Assembly (NCBI GenBank): GCA_965198945.1
Contig: CBDAQI010000012.1
Span: forward strand, 1-64,000
Reading direction: 5' to 3'
Origin: Thermodesulfobacteriota bacterium
GTDB lineage: Bacteria > Desulfobacterota_D > UBA1144 > Nemesobacterales > Mycalebacteriaceae
Length of the DNA stretch: 64,000 nucleotides
In this document: positions 55,262-64,000 of the stretch, piece after piece
How the letters are laid out: each line of letters starts with the position of its first letter
How positions within the stretch are numbered: position 1 is the first letter of the stretch
Notes under the pieces: model-generated
What the model was told of the DNA's origin: nothing
Databases searched by the model: none
The model's input: only the letters and a program-made list of their open reading frames with translations
Translations under genes and position numbers: made by a program

Positions 55262-56137
55262 ATGAGCGTTCTCGTTAATAAAAACACCAAAGTAATAGTT
55301 CAGGGAATCACCGGAAGCGCCGGGCTTTTTCATGCCATGCAGTGCAGAGAATACGGGACTTCCGTTGTCGGAGGCGTAACTCCCGGAAAAGGCGGGGCCG
55401 AAGTTGAAGGGTTTCCGGTTTTTGGCACTGTTTCACAAGCCGTAAAGGAAACGGGAGCCGACGCTTCGCTGATATTTGTGCCCGCGCCCTTCGCGCTTGA
55501 TTCCATGCTTGAAGCCGCCGAAGCCGGAGTGGGTTTGATAATCTGCATAACCGAGGGAATTCCGACCCGCGATGTGATGATAGTGAAAAATTTTCTCAAA
55601 AATACGGATTCCCGCCTTGTGGGGCCGAACTGCCCGGGAGTCATAACACCGGGAGAGGCAAAAGTCGGCATAATGCCCGGATACATACATAAGCCCGGCA
55701 GGGTCGGAGTAATTTCCCGCAGCGGAACCCTGACATATGAAGCGGTCTGGCAGCTTTCCAACCTGGGCATAGGGCAGTCCACATGCGTGGGTATAGGCGG
55801 AGACCCGATTATAGGAACAACTTTTACCGACGCGCTGGGATTGTTTGAAAATGACCCTGACACCGATGCCATAGTGCTCATCGGTGAGATAGGGGGAAGT
55901 GATGAGGAAGAGGCCGCTGACTACATAAAAGACAAGGTAACCAAACCCGTAGCCGCTTTTGTCGCCGGGGCGACCGCGCCTCCGGGTAAAAGGATGGGCC
56001 ATGCGGGCGCCATTATTTCATCAAGTTCTGGCGCCGCGGAGGACAAATTCCGCGCCCTTGAACTCGCCGGAGCCGCCATTTGCAGAAGCCCGGCAGAAAT
56101 GGGCGAGACTCTGAAGCTGAAAATGGAGAACGGTTAG
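55262..56137 (+). CDS. sucD: succinyl-CoA synthetase alpha subunit
   Basis: [20 protein letters not shown] and phospho-His RMGHAGA motifs. Confidence 0.97.
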   Translation: MSVLVNKNTKVIVQGITGSAGLFHAMQCREYGTSVVGGVTPGKGGAEVEGFPVFGTVSQAVKETGADASLIFVPAPFALDSMLEAAEAGVGLIICITEGIPTRDVMIVKNFLKNTDSRLVGPNCPGVITPGEAKVGIMPGYIHKPGRVGVISRSGTLTYEAVWQLSNLGIGQSTCVGIGGDPIIGTTFTDALGLFENDPDTDAIVLIGEIGGSDEEEAADYIKDKVTKPVAAFVAGATAPPGKRMGHAGAIISSSSGAAEDKFRALELAGAAICRSPAEMGETLKLKMENG

Positions 56138-56167
56138 TTTTCCGTTTTTGGGAAAAGAAAAGAGTTT

Positions 56168-57892
56168 TTGAAAAGAACAACAAGCATACCCTCTCTTCTC
56201 AAGAGGCATAAACCGCAGCTTATTGCCGGGTTTCTCACTCTTTCAGCGGTTGATTTGATTCAGATGGCTATTCCGCTTGTTATCAGGCGGGCGACTGATG
56301 CGTTTACCTCAGGGGCGCCTGATGCGGCGGACATTGTAAGGGTTTGTGCTTTTTATATTTTTGGCATGGGGCTTGTAATGGCGGTTTTCCGTCTGGGATG
56401 GCGCTATTTCATAATGGGGTCGGCGCGCAAAATAGAACAAAGCCTCAGAAACGAATTTTTCTCACACATCCAGAGACTTGACATGACACATTTGTCTTCG
56501 CGAAAAGTGGGGGATTTGATGGCTCACACCGTTAATGACATAGAAACCCTCAAATTTGCCTGCGGTCTCGGTGTGCTTGTCGCATATGACGGTCTGTTTC
56601 TGCTGGTCTTCATAATGGCGGCGATGTTTCTCATATCTCCTCCGGTTGCGGCGGTGCTGTGCGTGCCGTTTTTTCTCATGATGGTTTTTGTTATAAAAGG
56701 CGGCAGGGAGATAGAGAAACGTTTCAGAAAAACCCAGGAGTCTTTTTCATCTCTCACCGAGAGCGCAAGGAGGCCCGTTCACGGCATCAAGGCCGTAAAG
56801 TCTCTGTGTGCGGAGGATTCGGAGACCGGAAATTTCCTCCGGTCAAGTATGCACTATGCTCAAAGCAACATAAACTTTGCCAGACTGTGGGCCGTGTATC
56901 AGCCCGCAATATCGCTGTGCGTCGGAATTGCCGGAGTGTCGTTTCTTTTTCTGGGCGGCGAGCGCACTATGACCGGCTCAATGACGCTTGGGGATTTTAC
57001 CGCGCTGCTTGTTTATCTGTCAATGCTGACATGGCCGATGATGGCAATGGGATGGGCTCAGGACATTCTGCGGAGAGGAAACTCTTCAATCGGCAGGCTC
57101 AACTCCATATTCAAACTTGAGCCGGAGGCGGAAGTGACCGGGGAAGAGAATTTTCCGCGAATGAGAGGAGAAAACCTTGAGGTTTGTGGAATTGTCCATT
57201 CTCTCGGCGGCGCGAAAATTCTAAACGGCTGTTCTTTGAAAGCCGCGGCGGGCGAAACCGTCTGCATAGTCGGAAGAATGGGCTCCGGCAAATCCACGCT
57301 TGCGGCAATAATCGGCGGAGACATTGAGCCCGATGCCGGAGATGTGCTGATTGGCGGCGGAGACACGAGGCAAATGAGCCGTAAGCAGTTGAAAAAACAG
57401 GTTGTCTGCGTTGACCGCAAAGCTTTTATCTTCAGCGGAACGGTTCGTGAAAACATAAACTTTATGAGCACCCGCCGAGAACCGCAAACCCTGAAAGCGG
57501 CGGAAATATGCGGAATAAAAGAAGAAATTGAAAGTTTTGAGATGGGGATGGATTCAGTTCTCGGAGAGAGAGGAATCAATCTTTCCGAAGGTCAGAAACA
57601 GAGAATATCAATCTCCCGTTCAATCGTATTTGAACCGGCGGTTTTAATCCTTGATGACTCGCTTTCGTCGGTTGATCTTTCCACCGAGGCAAAAGTTATG
57701 AAAAATCTGCGGCTCTGGGCGAAAGAAACGCAAACCGTCCTGATAATTATTTCCAGCCGCACAAACTCCTCCCGCCTTGCCGACCGCATTATGGTTCTGG
57801 AAGGCGGAAGAGTGCTTGAACGGGGAACACACGAAGAACTTATTTTGAAAAACGGCATATACGCCGCCATGTACAGGATACAGGCCGGATGA
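56168..57892 (+). CDS. heterodimeric ABC exporter subunit A (TMD plus degenerate NBD), MdlA/YheI-like
   Basis: 6 TM helices, Walker A GRMGSGKS, signature LSEGQ, Walker B ILDDS, and switch ISSR lacking His. Confidence 0.9.
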   Translation: MKRTTSIPSLLKRHKPQLIAGFLTLSAVDLIQMAIPLVIRRATDAFTSGAPDAADIVRVCAFYIFGMGLVMAVFRLGWRYFIMGSARKIEQSLRNEFFSHIQRLDMTHLSSRKVGDLMAHTVNDIETLKFACGLGVLVAYDGLFLLVFIMAAMFLISPPVAAVLCVPFFLMMVFVIKGGREIEKRFRKTQESFSSLTESARRPVHGIKAVKSLCAEDSETGNFLRSSMHYAQSNINFARLWAVYQPAISLCVGIAGVSFLFLGGERTMTGSMTLGDFTALLVYLSMLTWPMMAMGWAQDILRRGNSSIGRLNSIFKLEPEAEVTGEENFPRMRGENLEVCGIVHSLGGAKILNGCSLKAAAGETVCIVGRMGSGKSTLAAIIGGDIEPDAGDVLIGGGDTRQMSRKQLKKQVVCVDRKAFIFSGTVRENINFMSTRREPQTLKAAEICGIKEEIESFEMGMDSVLGERGINLSEGQKQRISISRSIVFEPAVLILDDSLSSVDLSTEAKVMKNLRLWAKETQTVLIIISSRTNSSRLADRIMVLEGGRVLERGTHEELILKNGIYAAMYRIQAG

Positions 57893-59757
57893 GCGGGGAA
57901 AAGAGCGAAAAAACAATCTTCGGCGCCATGTATGACAGAAGGATGCTGTCATGGCTGTTCGGTTTTATCAAACGGTGGAAATGGTTTCTGGCTGCTTCTT
58001 TTTTTCTTATGACATTCGCGGCGGCTCTGGAAGTTGCGGTGCCCTACATAACCAGACAGGCCGTTGACAATTACATATCCCTGCCTCGGGTTAAAAATCC
58101 GGACGGTGAAATTGTTGATGCGTCATCACGCGGAAAAAACGGCGTTTCGTCCGAAAAATACCTTGTGGTTGACATAACTGACCCGCTTTCCGAGTCTTCA
58201 AAAATTGCGGCGCGCCATCCCGAACTTTTTGTCCGGAAGGACGGGGCGGCGCACATAAGTGGAGAAGATTTGCGCTCTTTGCCAAAACGGGAGATCAAAA
58301 CGCTCAGGGCCCGTGATTCCGACGGCATATTGCGTCTGACGGCTTTGATGGCACTTTGCGTTCTGGGAATTTTTGCCTCTTCCTCACTCTCAAACTACCT
58401 GCTCAAGGTTTCCGGAGAGAGAATTATTCACGACATCAGGGACGGAACTTTCAGGCATATCATGTCTCTGCCGCAGAAATTTTTTGACGAAAATCCAACC
58501 GGCAGAATCACAACAAGGGTTACAAACGATTTGAACTCCGTAAGCGAGATGTATTCGTCTGTGATTGTTCAAACCATTAAAGATCTGCTGGTGTTTGCGG
58601 GCGTTACGGTTGTGATGTTCCGGCTCAACTCCGAACTCGCTCTCATAATGCTCTGCATAGTGGGAGCCGCCGGTTTTGCCGCACATCTTTTCCGCAAAAA
58701 ACTCAGATTTTCTCACCGCAGAATAAGACGCTCAATAGCGAGGCTTAATTCATTTGTGCAGGAAAGTGTCAGAGGAATGCGAATTATAAAAGACTACGGA
58801 AGAGAGCAGTCCAATCTGCGCAGATTTAAGAAACCGAACAGTGAAAATTTTCTCGCCAATATGGAGCAGCTATGGGTTTATGTGATTTTCCGTCCCTTTA
58901 TTGAGTATGCCGCAATTGCGGCCATAGGAATTATCATCTGGTATGGAGGCGTGGGAGTTATAGAAGGCGATTTCACCGCCGGAACACTGATTGCCTTTCT
59001 CTATTACACGAGGATGATGTTCAGACCCGTGCTTGAGATTTCGGAGAAATACAACGTTCTTCAGTCTGCCATGGCGGCGACCGAAAATATTTATGACATA
59101 AACAGGATTGACCCCGAAAGATTAGGCGGCGCCGGGTTTTCCGAAGAAGAAGGAGACCTTGAGTTTCAAAATGTCTGGTTTTCCTACGGGGATGACAAAT
59201 GGGCGCTCAGGGATGTTTCTTTCAAAGTGCCTCCCGGTCAGTGGGTGGCGATAGTCGGCCTCACGGGTTCGGGCAAATCCACCATATTCAACCTGATGTT
59301 CCGTCTTTATGAGCCGCAGAGGGGAAAGATAATTTTTAACGGCTCCGACATAGCGGAAACGGAACTGAAGCGGCTCAGAAAATGCATTGTCCCGGTTTTT
59401 CAGGAAAGAAAAGATTATGAAAAAAAAGACGATTGCGCGGTTAGTTTGTCTTCGGGTGAGGAACAGGTCAGAAACATTGAAGAGGTTTTGTCGGGCAGTC
59501 CCTCGGTGGTTATCATGGATGAGGCGACTTCCAACATGGACGCGGAAACGGAAGTGGAAACCATCAAAAAAGTCAGAGAATTGTCGCGCCGCAAAGGCTT
59601 CAGTCTCGTAACCATAGCCCACCGGCTCTCAAGCATCAGGGAAGCGGACAAAATCATGGTTGTTCACGAGGGCGGAATAGTTGAGTCCGGCACTCATGCG
59701 GAACTCATGGCGCTCGGAGGCATTTATCACTCACTGGATAAATTTGCGGGCGGCTGA
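57889..59757 (+). CDS. heterodimeric ABC exporter subunit B (TMD plus NBD with shortened helical subdomain), MdlB/YheH-like
   Basis: TM helices with a large external loop, GRITTRVTND, Walker A GLTGSGKS, Walker B IMDEATS and H-loop IAHR. Confidence 0.9.
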   Translation: MSGEKSEKTIFGAMYDRRMLSWLFGFIKRWKWFLAASFFLMTFAAALEVAVPYITRQAVDNYISLPRVKNPDGEIVDASSRGKNGVSSEKYLVVDITDPLSESSKIAARHPELFVRKDGAAHISGEDLRSLPKREIKTLRARDSDGILRLTALMALCVLGIFASSSLSNYLLKVSGERIIHDIRDGTFRHIMSLPQKFFDENPTGRITTRVTNDLNSVSEMYSSVIVQTIKDLLVFAGVTVVMFRLNSELALIMLCIVGAAGFAAHLFRKKLRFSHRRIRRSIARLNSFVQESVRGMRIIKDYGREQSNLRRFKKPNSENFLANMEQLWVYVIFRPFIEYAAIAAIGIIIWYGGVGVIEGDFTAGTLIAFLYYTRMMFRPVLEISEKYNVLQSAMAATENIYDINRIDPERLGGAGFSEEEGDLEFQNVWFSYGDDKWALRDVSFKVPPGQWVAIVGLTGSGKSTIFNLMFRLYEPQRGKIIFNGSDIAETELKRLRKCIVPVFQERKDYEKKDDCAVSLSSGEEQVRNIEEVLSGSPSVVIMDEATSNMDAETEVETIKKVRELSRRKGFSLVTIAHRLSSIREADKIMVVHEGGIVESGTHAELMALGGIYHSLDKFAGG

Positions 59758-59768
59758 GAGTTATATTA

Positions 59769-60545
59769 CTAAAAGACTTCAAACAGTTTGAGTCCCGAAA
59801 GCGCCACCGCGACCACAAGAAACCAGCGCACGGCTGACATGCCTTTTTTTACGGAAATTTTTGCTCCCCACCATCCGCCCAGAGCCGCACCCGCCGCGAG
59901 GTTGAGTCCTTTGAAAATGTCAACATTGCCGAAAAAGAAAAATATGCACAAAGCGGGAACCGTATAGATTGTGACGATGAAAATTTTGCGGGCATTGACC
60001 GAAGCGATGTTTCCGCCGACCAGATGAAAAAGAAGAGCCATAATTACCAGACCGATTCCGACCTGTATAAAACCGCCGTAAAAGCCCGCCGCCAGCATCC
60101 CCGGATAGATAAGCCATCGGTTTTTCCCTTGTTTTTCTCCTTCGTTCCCGGTTTTCAACGAAGGAAGAAACATTGAGATTGCCACCGAAATTGTGGCCAC
60201 CGCGGCTATCTTTTTGAAAAGCCCGTCATCAATTGTCACCGCAACAAAAACACCGCATACCATTCCGGGCAAAGTAAAAAGCGAGTATTTAAGCGACTGC
60301 CGGAGTTCCAACACACGCTCTTTTGAAAAGGATGCGCAAGCGGAGATGTTCTGAATCATTATGGAAAGGCGGTTTGTTCCGTTTGCTTCAGCTCCCTCCA
60401 GTCCGAGAAAAATAAGAGCCGGAAGCGACAGCGCAGAGCCGCCGCCACTGGTAACATTTATAACTCCCACCACTATTCCCACAAGAAAAAGAAGAAGCGG
60501 ATGAAATATCAATCCTGAAATGGCTGGAAATAAAGTTTCCGGCAT
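59769..60545 (-). CDS. TauE/SafE (TSUP) family membrane transporter
   Basis: SGGGSALSLP, ANGTN and GFYGGF motifs; about 8 TM helices. Confidence 0.88.
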   Translation of the reverse strand: MPETLFPAISGLIFHPLLLFLVGIVVGVINVTSGGGSALSLPALIFLGLEGAEANGTNRLSIMIQNISACASFSKERVLELRQSLKYSLFTLPGMVCGVFVAVTIDDGLFKKIAAVATISVAISMFLPSLKTGNEGEKQGKNRWLIYPGMLAAGFYGGFIQVGIGLVIMALLFHLVGGNIASVNARKIFIVTIYTVPALCIFFFFGNVDIFKGLNLAAGAALGGWWGAKISVKKGMSAVRWFLVVAVALSGLKLFEVF

Positions 60546-61273
60546 TATTCAGCCTTGAGATGCTCCACTCCCTGAGCTCCTGAAACCAGGATGTCGGTCG
60601 TGGTTGTGAGAAAAAGACCGTGCTCAACAATTCCCGACCTCCACACCAGAGATTCGGCGATGATTTTCAAGTCGTAGATGGGCCCGAAATCACAGTCCAG
60701 TATGTAGTTTTTCTCATCCGTTTTGAAGATTCCGCCGTTTTCATCTTTTCTGAGTTCCATTGAGGCGGCGCCCAGAGAGGAGATAAACCTCCGCGCCGGT
60801 TTTACCGCAAAAGGTATTACTTCAACTGGAAGACGGCAGCGTGTTCCCAGTTTTTCCGACAATTTGCTTTGGTCAACAACTATTATGTTTCTTGAACTTT
60901 CCTGCGCCACAACTTTTTCGCGCAGCATCGCCCCCCCCCCCCCTTTTATGACATTGAGTTTGCGGTCAACCTCGTCCGCCCCGTCTATTGTTATGTCTAT
61001 GGCCTTGTCCCGGGTGAACTCGCTGTCTATTTTAAGGCCGAGAGATTTTGCGTATTTTTCAGTCTTAATTGAGCTCGGCACACAGGCTATGTTTTCAATC
61101 AGCTCCGCGCGGAACTTTTCGGCAAGATATTCAATCGCAAAGGTGGCGGCTTTGCCCGTGCCCAAACCCACCACCATGTCCGAGCAGACAAAATCAACGG
61201 CCATTGAAGCCGATCTTTTTATTGCCTCGTCCGGAACCTCCCGCCTCGGAGGTTTGCCTTTGTAAATACCCAT
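60545..61273 (-). CDS. rpiA: ribose-5-phosphate isomerase A
   Basis: GLGTG, DGADEVD, IKGGGGA..REK and VEHGLF motifs. Start set at ATG 61273. Confidence 0.95.
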   Translation of the reverse strand: MGIYKGKPPRREVPDEAIKRSASMAVDFVCSDMVVGLGTGKAATFAIEYLAEKFRAELIENIACVPSSIKTEKYAKSLGLKIDSEFTRDKAIDITIDGADEVDRKLNVIKGGGGAMLREKVVAQESSRNIIVVDQSKLSEKLGTRCRLPVEVIPFAVKPARRFISSLGAASMELRKDENGGIFKTDEKNYILDCDFGPIYDLKIIAESLVWRSGIVEHGLFLTTTTDILVSGAQGVEHLKAE

Positions 61274-61339
61274 CGGAAAACTACGTGCTTGAAATATACT
61301 GAAGACGCAAAGCGTGCTCAATGATTTTAATCAGATACT

Positions 61340-63058
61340 TCACCGGAGACCGAGCAGTTTTGCAACTTCAGAAATTCCGTTTTCAACTTCGGATACGAAT
61401 TTTATCTGAACAACTTTTCTTCCGCGGCTTTCAAGAGCTTCTCTGTCACCGAGCATCTGGGCTTCTTTGAGAGCTTCAAACGGCGCTCCCCCGCTTTCGG
61501 GCGTATCCGGCGGAACCCGAATGCCGCTCCGGCATTTGCCGCTCATCTGTATGAAAAAACCGTTTCCCCGGTCTCCCTTGTGTATTTGCCCGGAAGAGTG
61601 GAGGTAACAGGGGCCCCAATCGGCGGTAACCGTAACGCCAAATGCTTTTGAAAGAGAATAGCGAAAAGACTCAAGGGCTTCACTCATTTTTTTGTCAGAG
61701 CTGTTCAGAAACGCCTGAATTGAAAAATAACCTTCTTTTTTTCTTTCTCCGGCGTTTTTCTCAAAATACGAGCGGAGCTCACCGGCGTTGCGCAGCGAGT
61801 CCGAAGTTCTGAATTCAATGTCTCCGTGTTTGAAGTCCGGTTTGGAAAAAGGCAGCCCCCCTTTTTCACGGCGGATTTTCATAAAACGGCGCGTCTGAGA
61901 TTTGGCGCTCTCCACATCGGGTTGGTCAAAAGGGTTGACTTCCCAAAGCGCTCCCAGAACCGCAACTGCCATTTCCCACCTGAAAATTTCTCCCCCGAGC
62001 GCATTTGTGTCTTCAAGAAGCGTCATCACAACCGGTGTTCCCCCGGCGGCCGTTTTCCGTGCGTGCGAGATGAGTTCCGTATCATTCTTCAGGCAGACAA
62101 AAAAAGTGCCGGGCGATTTTTCATCTCCGGAAAACGGATGCGCGACCGGCAGAACAGATCTCCCTTCTTTGCCGAGACTTTCTCCGACTATCTGCTCAAT
62201 AAATCTGTCAAAACCCTCTATGGCTTTTGAACAGCGCAGATGAAAAGCGCCGCCGCCCTTTTTGCAGAAAAAGTCAACTGCCGCGGCGAGTCGCAGAGCC
62301 GTGTTAGGATTTGCTCCTGATGCATTGCCGCTTCCCAGTTTGCCGGCCATTGCCGCGGCGGAAGAGAGAATTTTCTCCGCGTTTGCCCCTATTGCCGAGC
62401 CCGGAATCATTCCGAACAGGGAAAGGGGTGAAAACCGTCCGCCGACTGTTTCATCTCCGGCAAACACTGTGAATCCCCGCTTTTCAGAGATTTCACAAAG
62501 CGGTGTGCCCGGGTCTGTTATTGCGGCAAATTGTTCCGCCGTTTTCCGGTCTCCGATTTTGTCGCGGCACTTCTCAAAAAAAAAGTCCGCCACGGAAACC
62601 GTCTCAATGGTTCCGCCGGATTTTGATGAGACAATAAAAAATGTTTTTGTGAAATCAATTTTCCCGCAAACTTCCGCGATTGTATCGGGAACCGTTGTGT
62701 CCAGAACCGTGAGACGCGCAGAGCCCGGGGGTGAAAAAGCTTTCCCGAAAACTTTTGACATAAGCGCGGAGCCGCCCATTGCGATGAGAACAATATCCCG
62801 GATTCCCGCCGCGCGCAGACGTTCGGCAAATTTATTGATTTCCGGCAGAGACCGGGCCGTGTTTTCCGGCAGAGAAAGCCACCCGAGCCTGTTGCCGATC
62901 AGTTCACAATTGCCTTTCCACAGAGAACGGTCCCGCTTCCATATTCGTTCCATGATGCGGCTGAGTTCCGCATTTTCCAGTGAATTTTCAAACTCTCGGG
63001 CGCCGGCGCCGAGAAGTTCAATCCAGCCATTTTCAAGAGAATCGCTTTCGTCCGTCAT
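61340..63058 (-). CDS. pgi: glucose-6-phosphate isomerase (type seen in Tal-Pgi fusions, here stand-alone)
   Basis: RLGWL, MGGS, SSKSGGTIET, VGGRFS, ESLGK and NPFDQPDVE motifs. Confidence 0.88.
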   Translation of the reverse strand: MTDESDSLENGWIELLGAGAREFENSLENAELSRIMERIWKRDRSLWKGNCELIGNRLGWLSLPENTARSLPEINKFAERLRAAGIRDIVLIAMGGSALMSKVFGKAFSPPGSARLTVLDTTVPDTIAEVCGKIDFTKTFFIVSSKSGGTIETVSVADFFFEKCRDKIGDRKTAEQFAAITDPGTPLCEISEKRGFTVFAGDETVGGRFSPLSLFGMIPGSAIGANAEKILSSAAAMAGKLGSGNASGANPNTALRLAAAVDFFCKKGGGAFHLRCSKAIEGFDRFIEQIVGESLGKEGRSVLPVAHPFSGDEKSPGTFFVCLKNDTELISHARKTAAGGTPVVMTLLEDTNALGGEIFRWEMAVAVLGALWEVNPFDQPDVESAKSQTRRFMKIRREKGGLPFSKPDFKHGDIEFRTSDSLRNAGELRSYFEKNAGERKKEGYFSIQAFLNSSDKKMSEALESFRYSLSKAFGVTVTADWGPCYLHSSGQIHKGDRGNGFFIQMSGKCRSGIRVPPDTPESGGAPFEALKEAQMLGDREALESRGRKVVQIKFVSEVENGISEVAKLLGLR

Positions 63059-64000
63059 TTCCCGACAAGTTTCTTTGCAATGGAGAAAATATTTTTTTCT
63101 TCAAACCCGAACTCTTTCATAACTTCGCCGCCCGGCGCCGATTCCCCGAAACTGTCAATCCCGAGAGAAAAGGTTTTTTCTCCCGCACCGGTATACCGTT
63201 TCCACCCGAAAGTTGAAGCCGCTTCAACTGAAAGACGGGTTTTTACACTTGGCGGAAGCACGGAATCTTTGTATTTCCGCGGTTGGCGGTCAAAAATTTC
63301 CCAGCAGGGCATGCTGACAACCCTTGATTTTATTCCTTCCCCGGCAAGCATTTTATGGACTTCCATACAGGGTGCGACCTCCGAACCCGTGGCAATTATT
63401 ATAATCTCCGGATTTTCTCCGCCGCCCGCAACAACATAACCGCCTCTGTGTGCCAGTGCTGAAACTGACAAATCAACATCCAGAACTGGAACGTTCTGAC
63501 GTGTGAGCGCGAGCGCAGCGGGCTTGCGCGACTCAATAATTTCGGGCCACAGGGCTCTCAGTTCATTGCCGTCAGCGGGTCTTATGACATCAACTCCGGG
63601 GGTTGCCCTGAGAGCCGCGAAATGCTCAATCGGCTGGTGTGTGGGACCGTCTTCTCCGACTCCTATGCTGTCGTGCGAAAATACATACACGACCGGTTGC
63701 CGCATCAGAGCTGACAACCTGAGCGCGGGCTTGAGATAGTCCGAGAAAACAAAGTAGCACGAAGCATATGGCCTGAGACCGCTGAGCGCGAGGCCGTTGC
63801 AGAAAGCCGCCATTGAATGCTCGCGCACACCGAAACGGAAATTTCTGCCGCTCCGTTCTTTTGCGCTGAAATATCCGGCTGATTTTATGTTGGTTTTTGT
63901 TGAATCCGCTACGTCGGCCGAGCCTCCGACAAACCAGGGGATTTTTTCGCTTATCTCTTCAATGATTTTGCCATTGCATGTTCTTGTTGCGACGGAGGTG
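63055..64000 (-). CDS. tkt: transketolase, 3' part (5' end beyond the window)
   Basis: GGSADV, FGVREH, HDSIGVGEDGPTHQP, ATGSEV and FGESAP motifs. The frame is open to the window edge. Confidence 0.96.
   Translation of the reverse strand, partial: TSVATRTCNGKIIEEISEKIPWFVGGSADVADSTKTNIKSAGYFSAKERSGRNFRFGVREHSMAAFCNGLALSGLRPYASCYFVFSDYLKPALRLSALMRQPVVYVFSHDSIGVGEDGPTHQPIEHFAALRATPGVDVIRPADGNELRALWPEIIESRKPAALALTRQNVPVLDVDLSVSALAHRGGYVVAGGGENPEIIIIATGSEVAPCMEVHKMLAGEGIKSRVVSMPCWEIFDRQPRKYKDSVLPPSVKTRLSVEAASTFGWKRYTGAGEKTFSLGIDSFGESAPGGEVMKEFGFEEKNIFSIAKKLVGK

Overview
This is a compact, gene-dense bacterial core-chromosome window of about 60 genes. The gene content and order (xerC-hslVU-argBDF, futalosine mqnA/mqnD, C4 zinc-ribbon gene beside rnpB, ACIII-type SCO before coxB) look deltaproteobacterial or Dadabacteria-like, but the taxon is only an inference. 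It holds housekeeping genes (gyrB, recA, proS, pheS, yajC-secDF, parAB, hisAF, ispG, trxB, tkt/pgi/rpiA), tRNA-Ile2(CAT) and RNase P RNA. I saw no CRISPR array, transposase, prophage or recognisable defence system, and I cannot claim a clearly new multi-gene system. Single-base indels break even essential genes (gyrB, xerC) and cluster at about 38.7-43.0 kb, so most frameshifts are probably assembly errors. Manual reading found features the ORF track misses: a decayed RNase HI gene, a decayed Fic gene, a hidden tusA-cysM-mec sulfur-relay operon with no ubiquitin-like carrier, and the C-terminal half of a disrupted pilin. Other notable signals are a heterodimeric ABC exporter missing about 40 aa of one helical subdomain, very frequent TTG starts, several apparently leaderless genes, a lipidated subtilase autotransporter islet and a G13 tract in rpiA.
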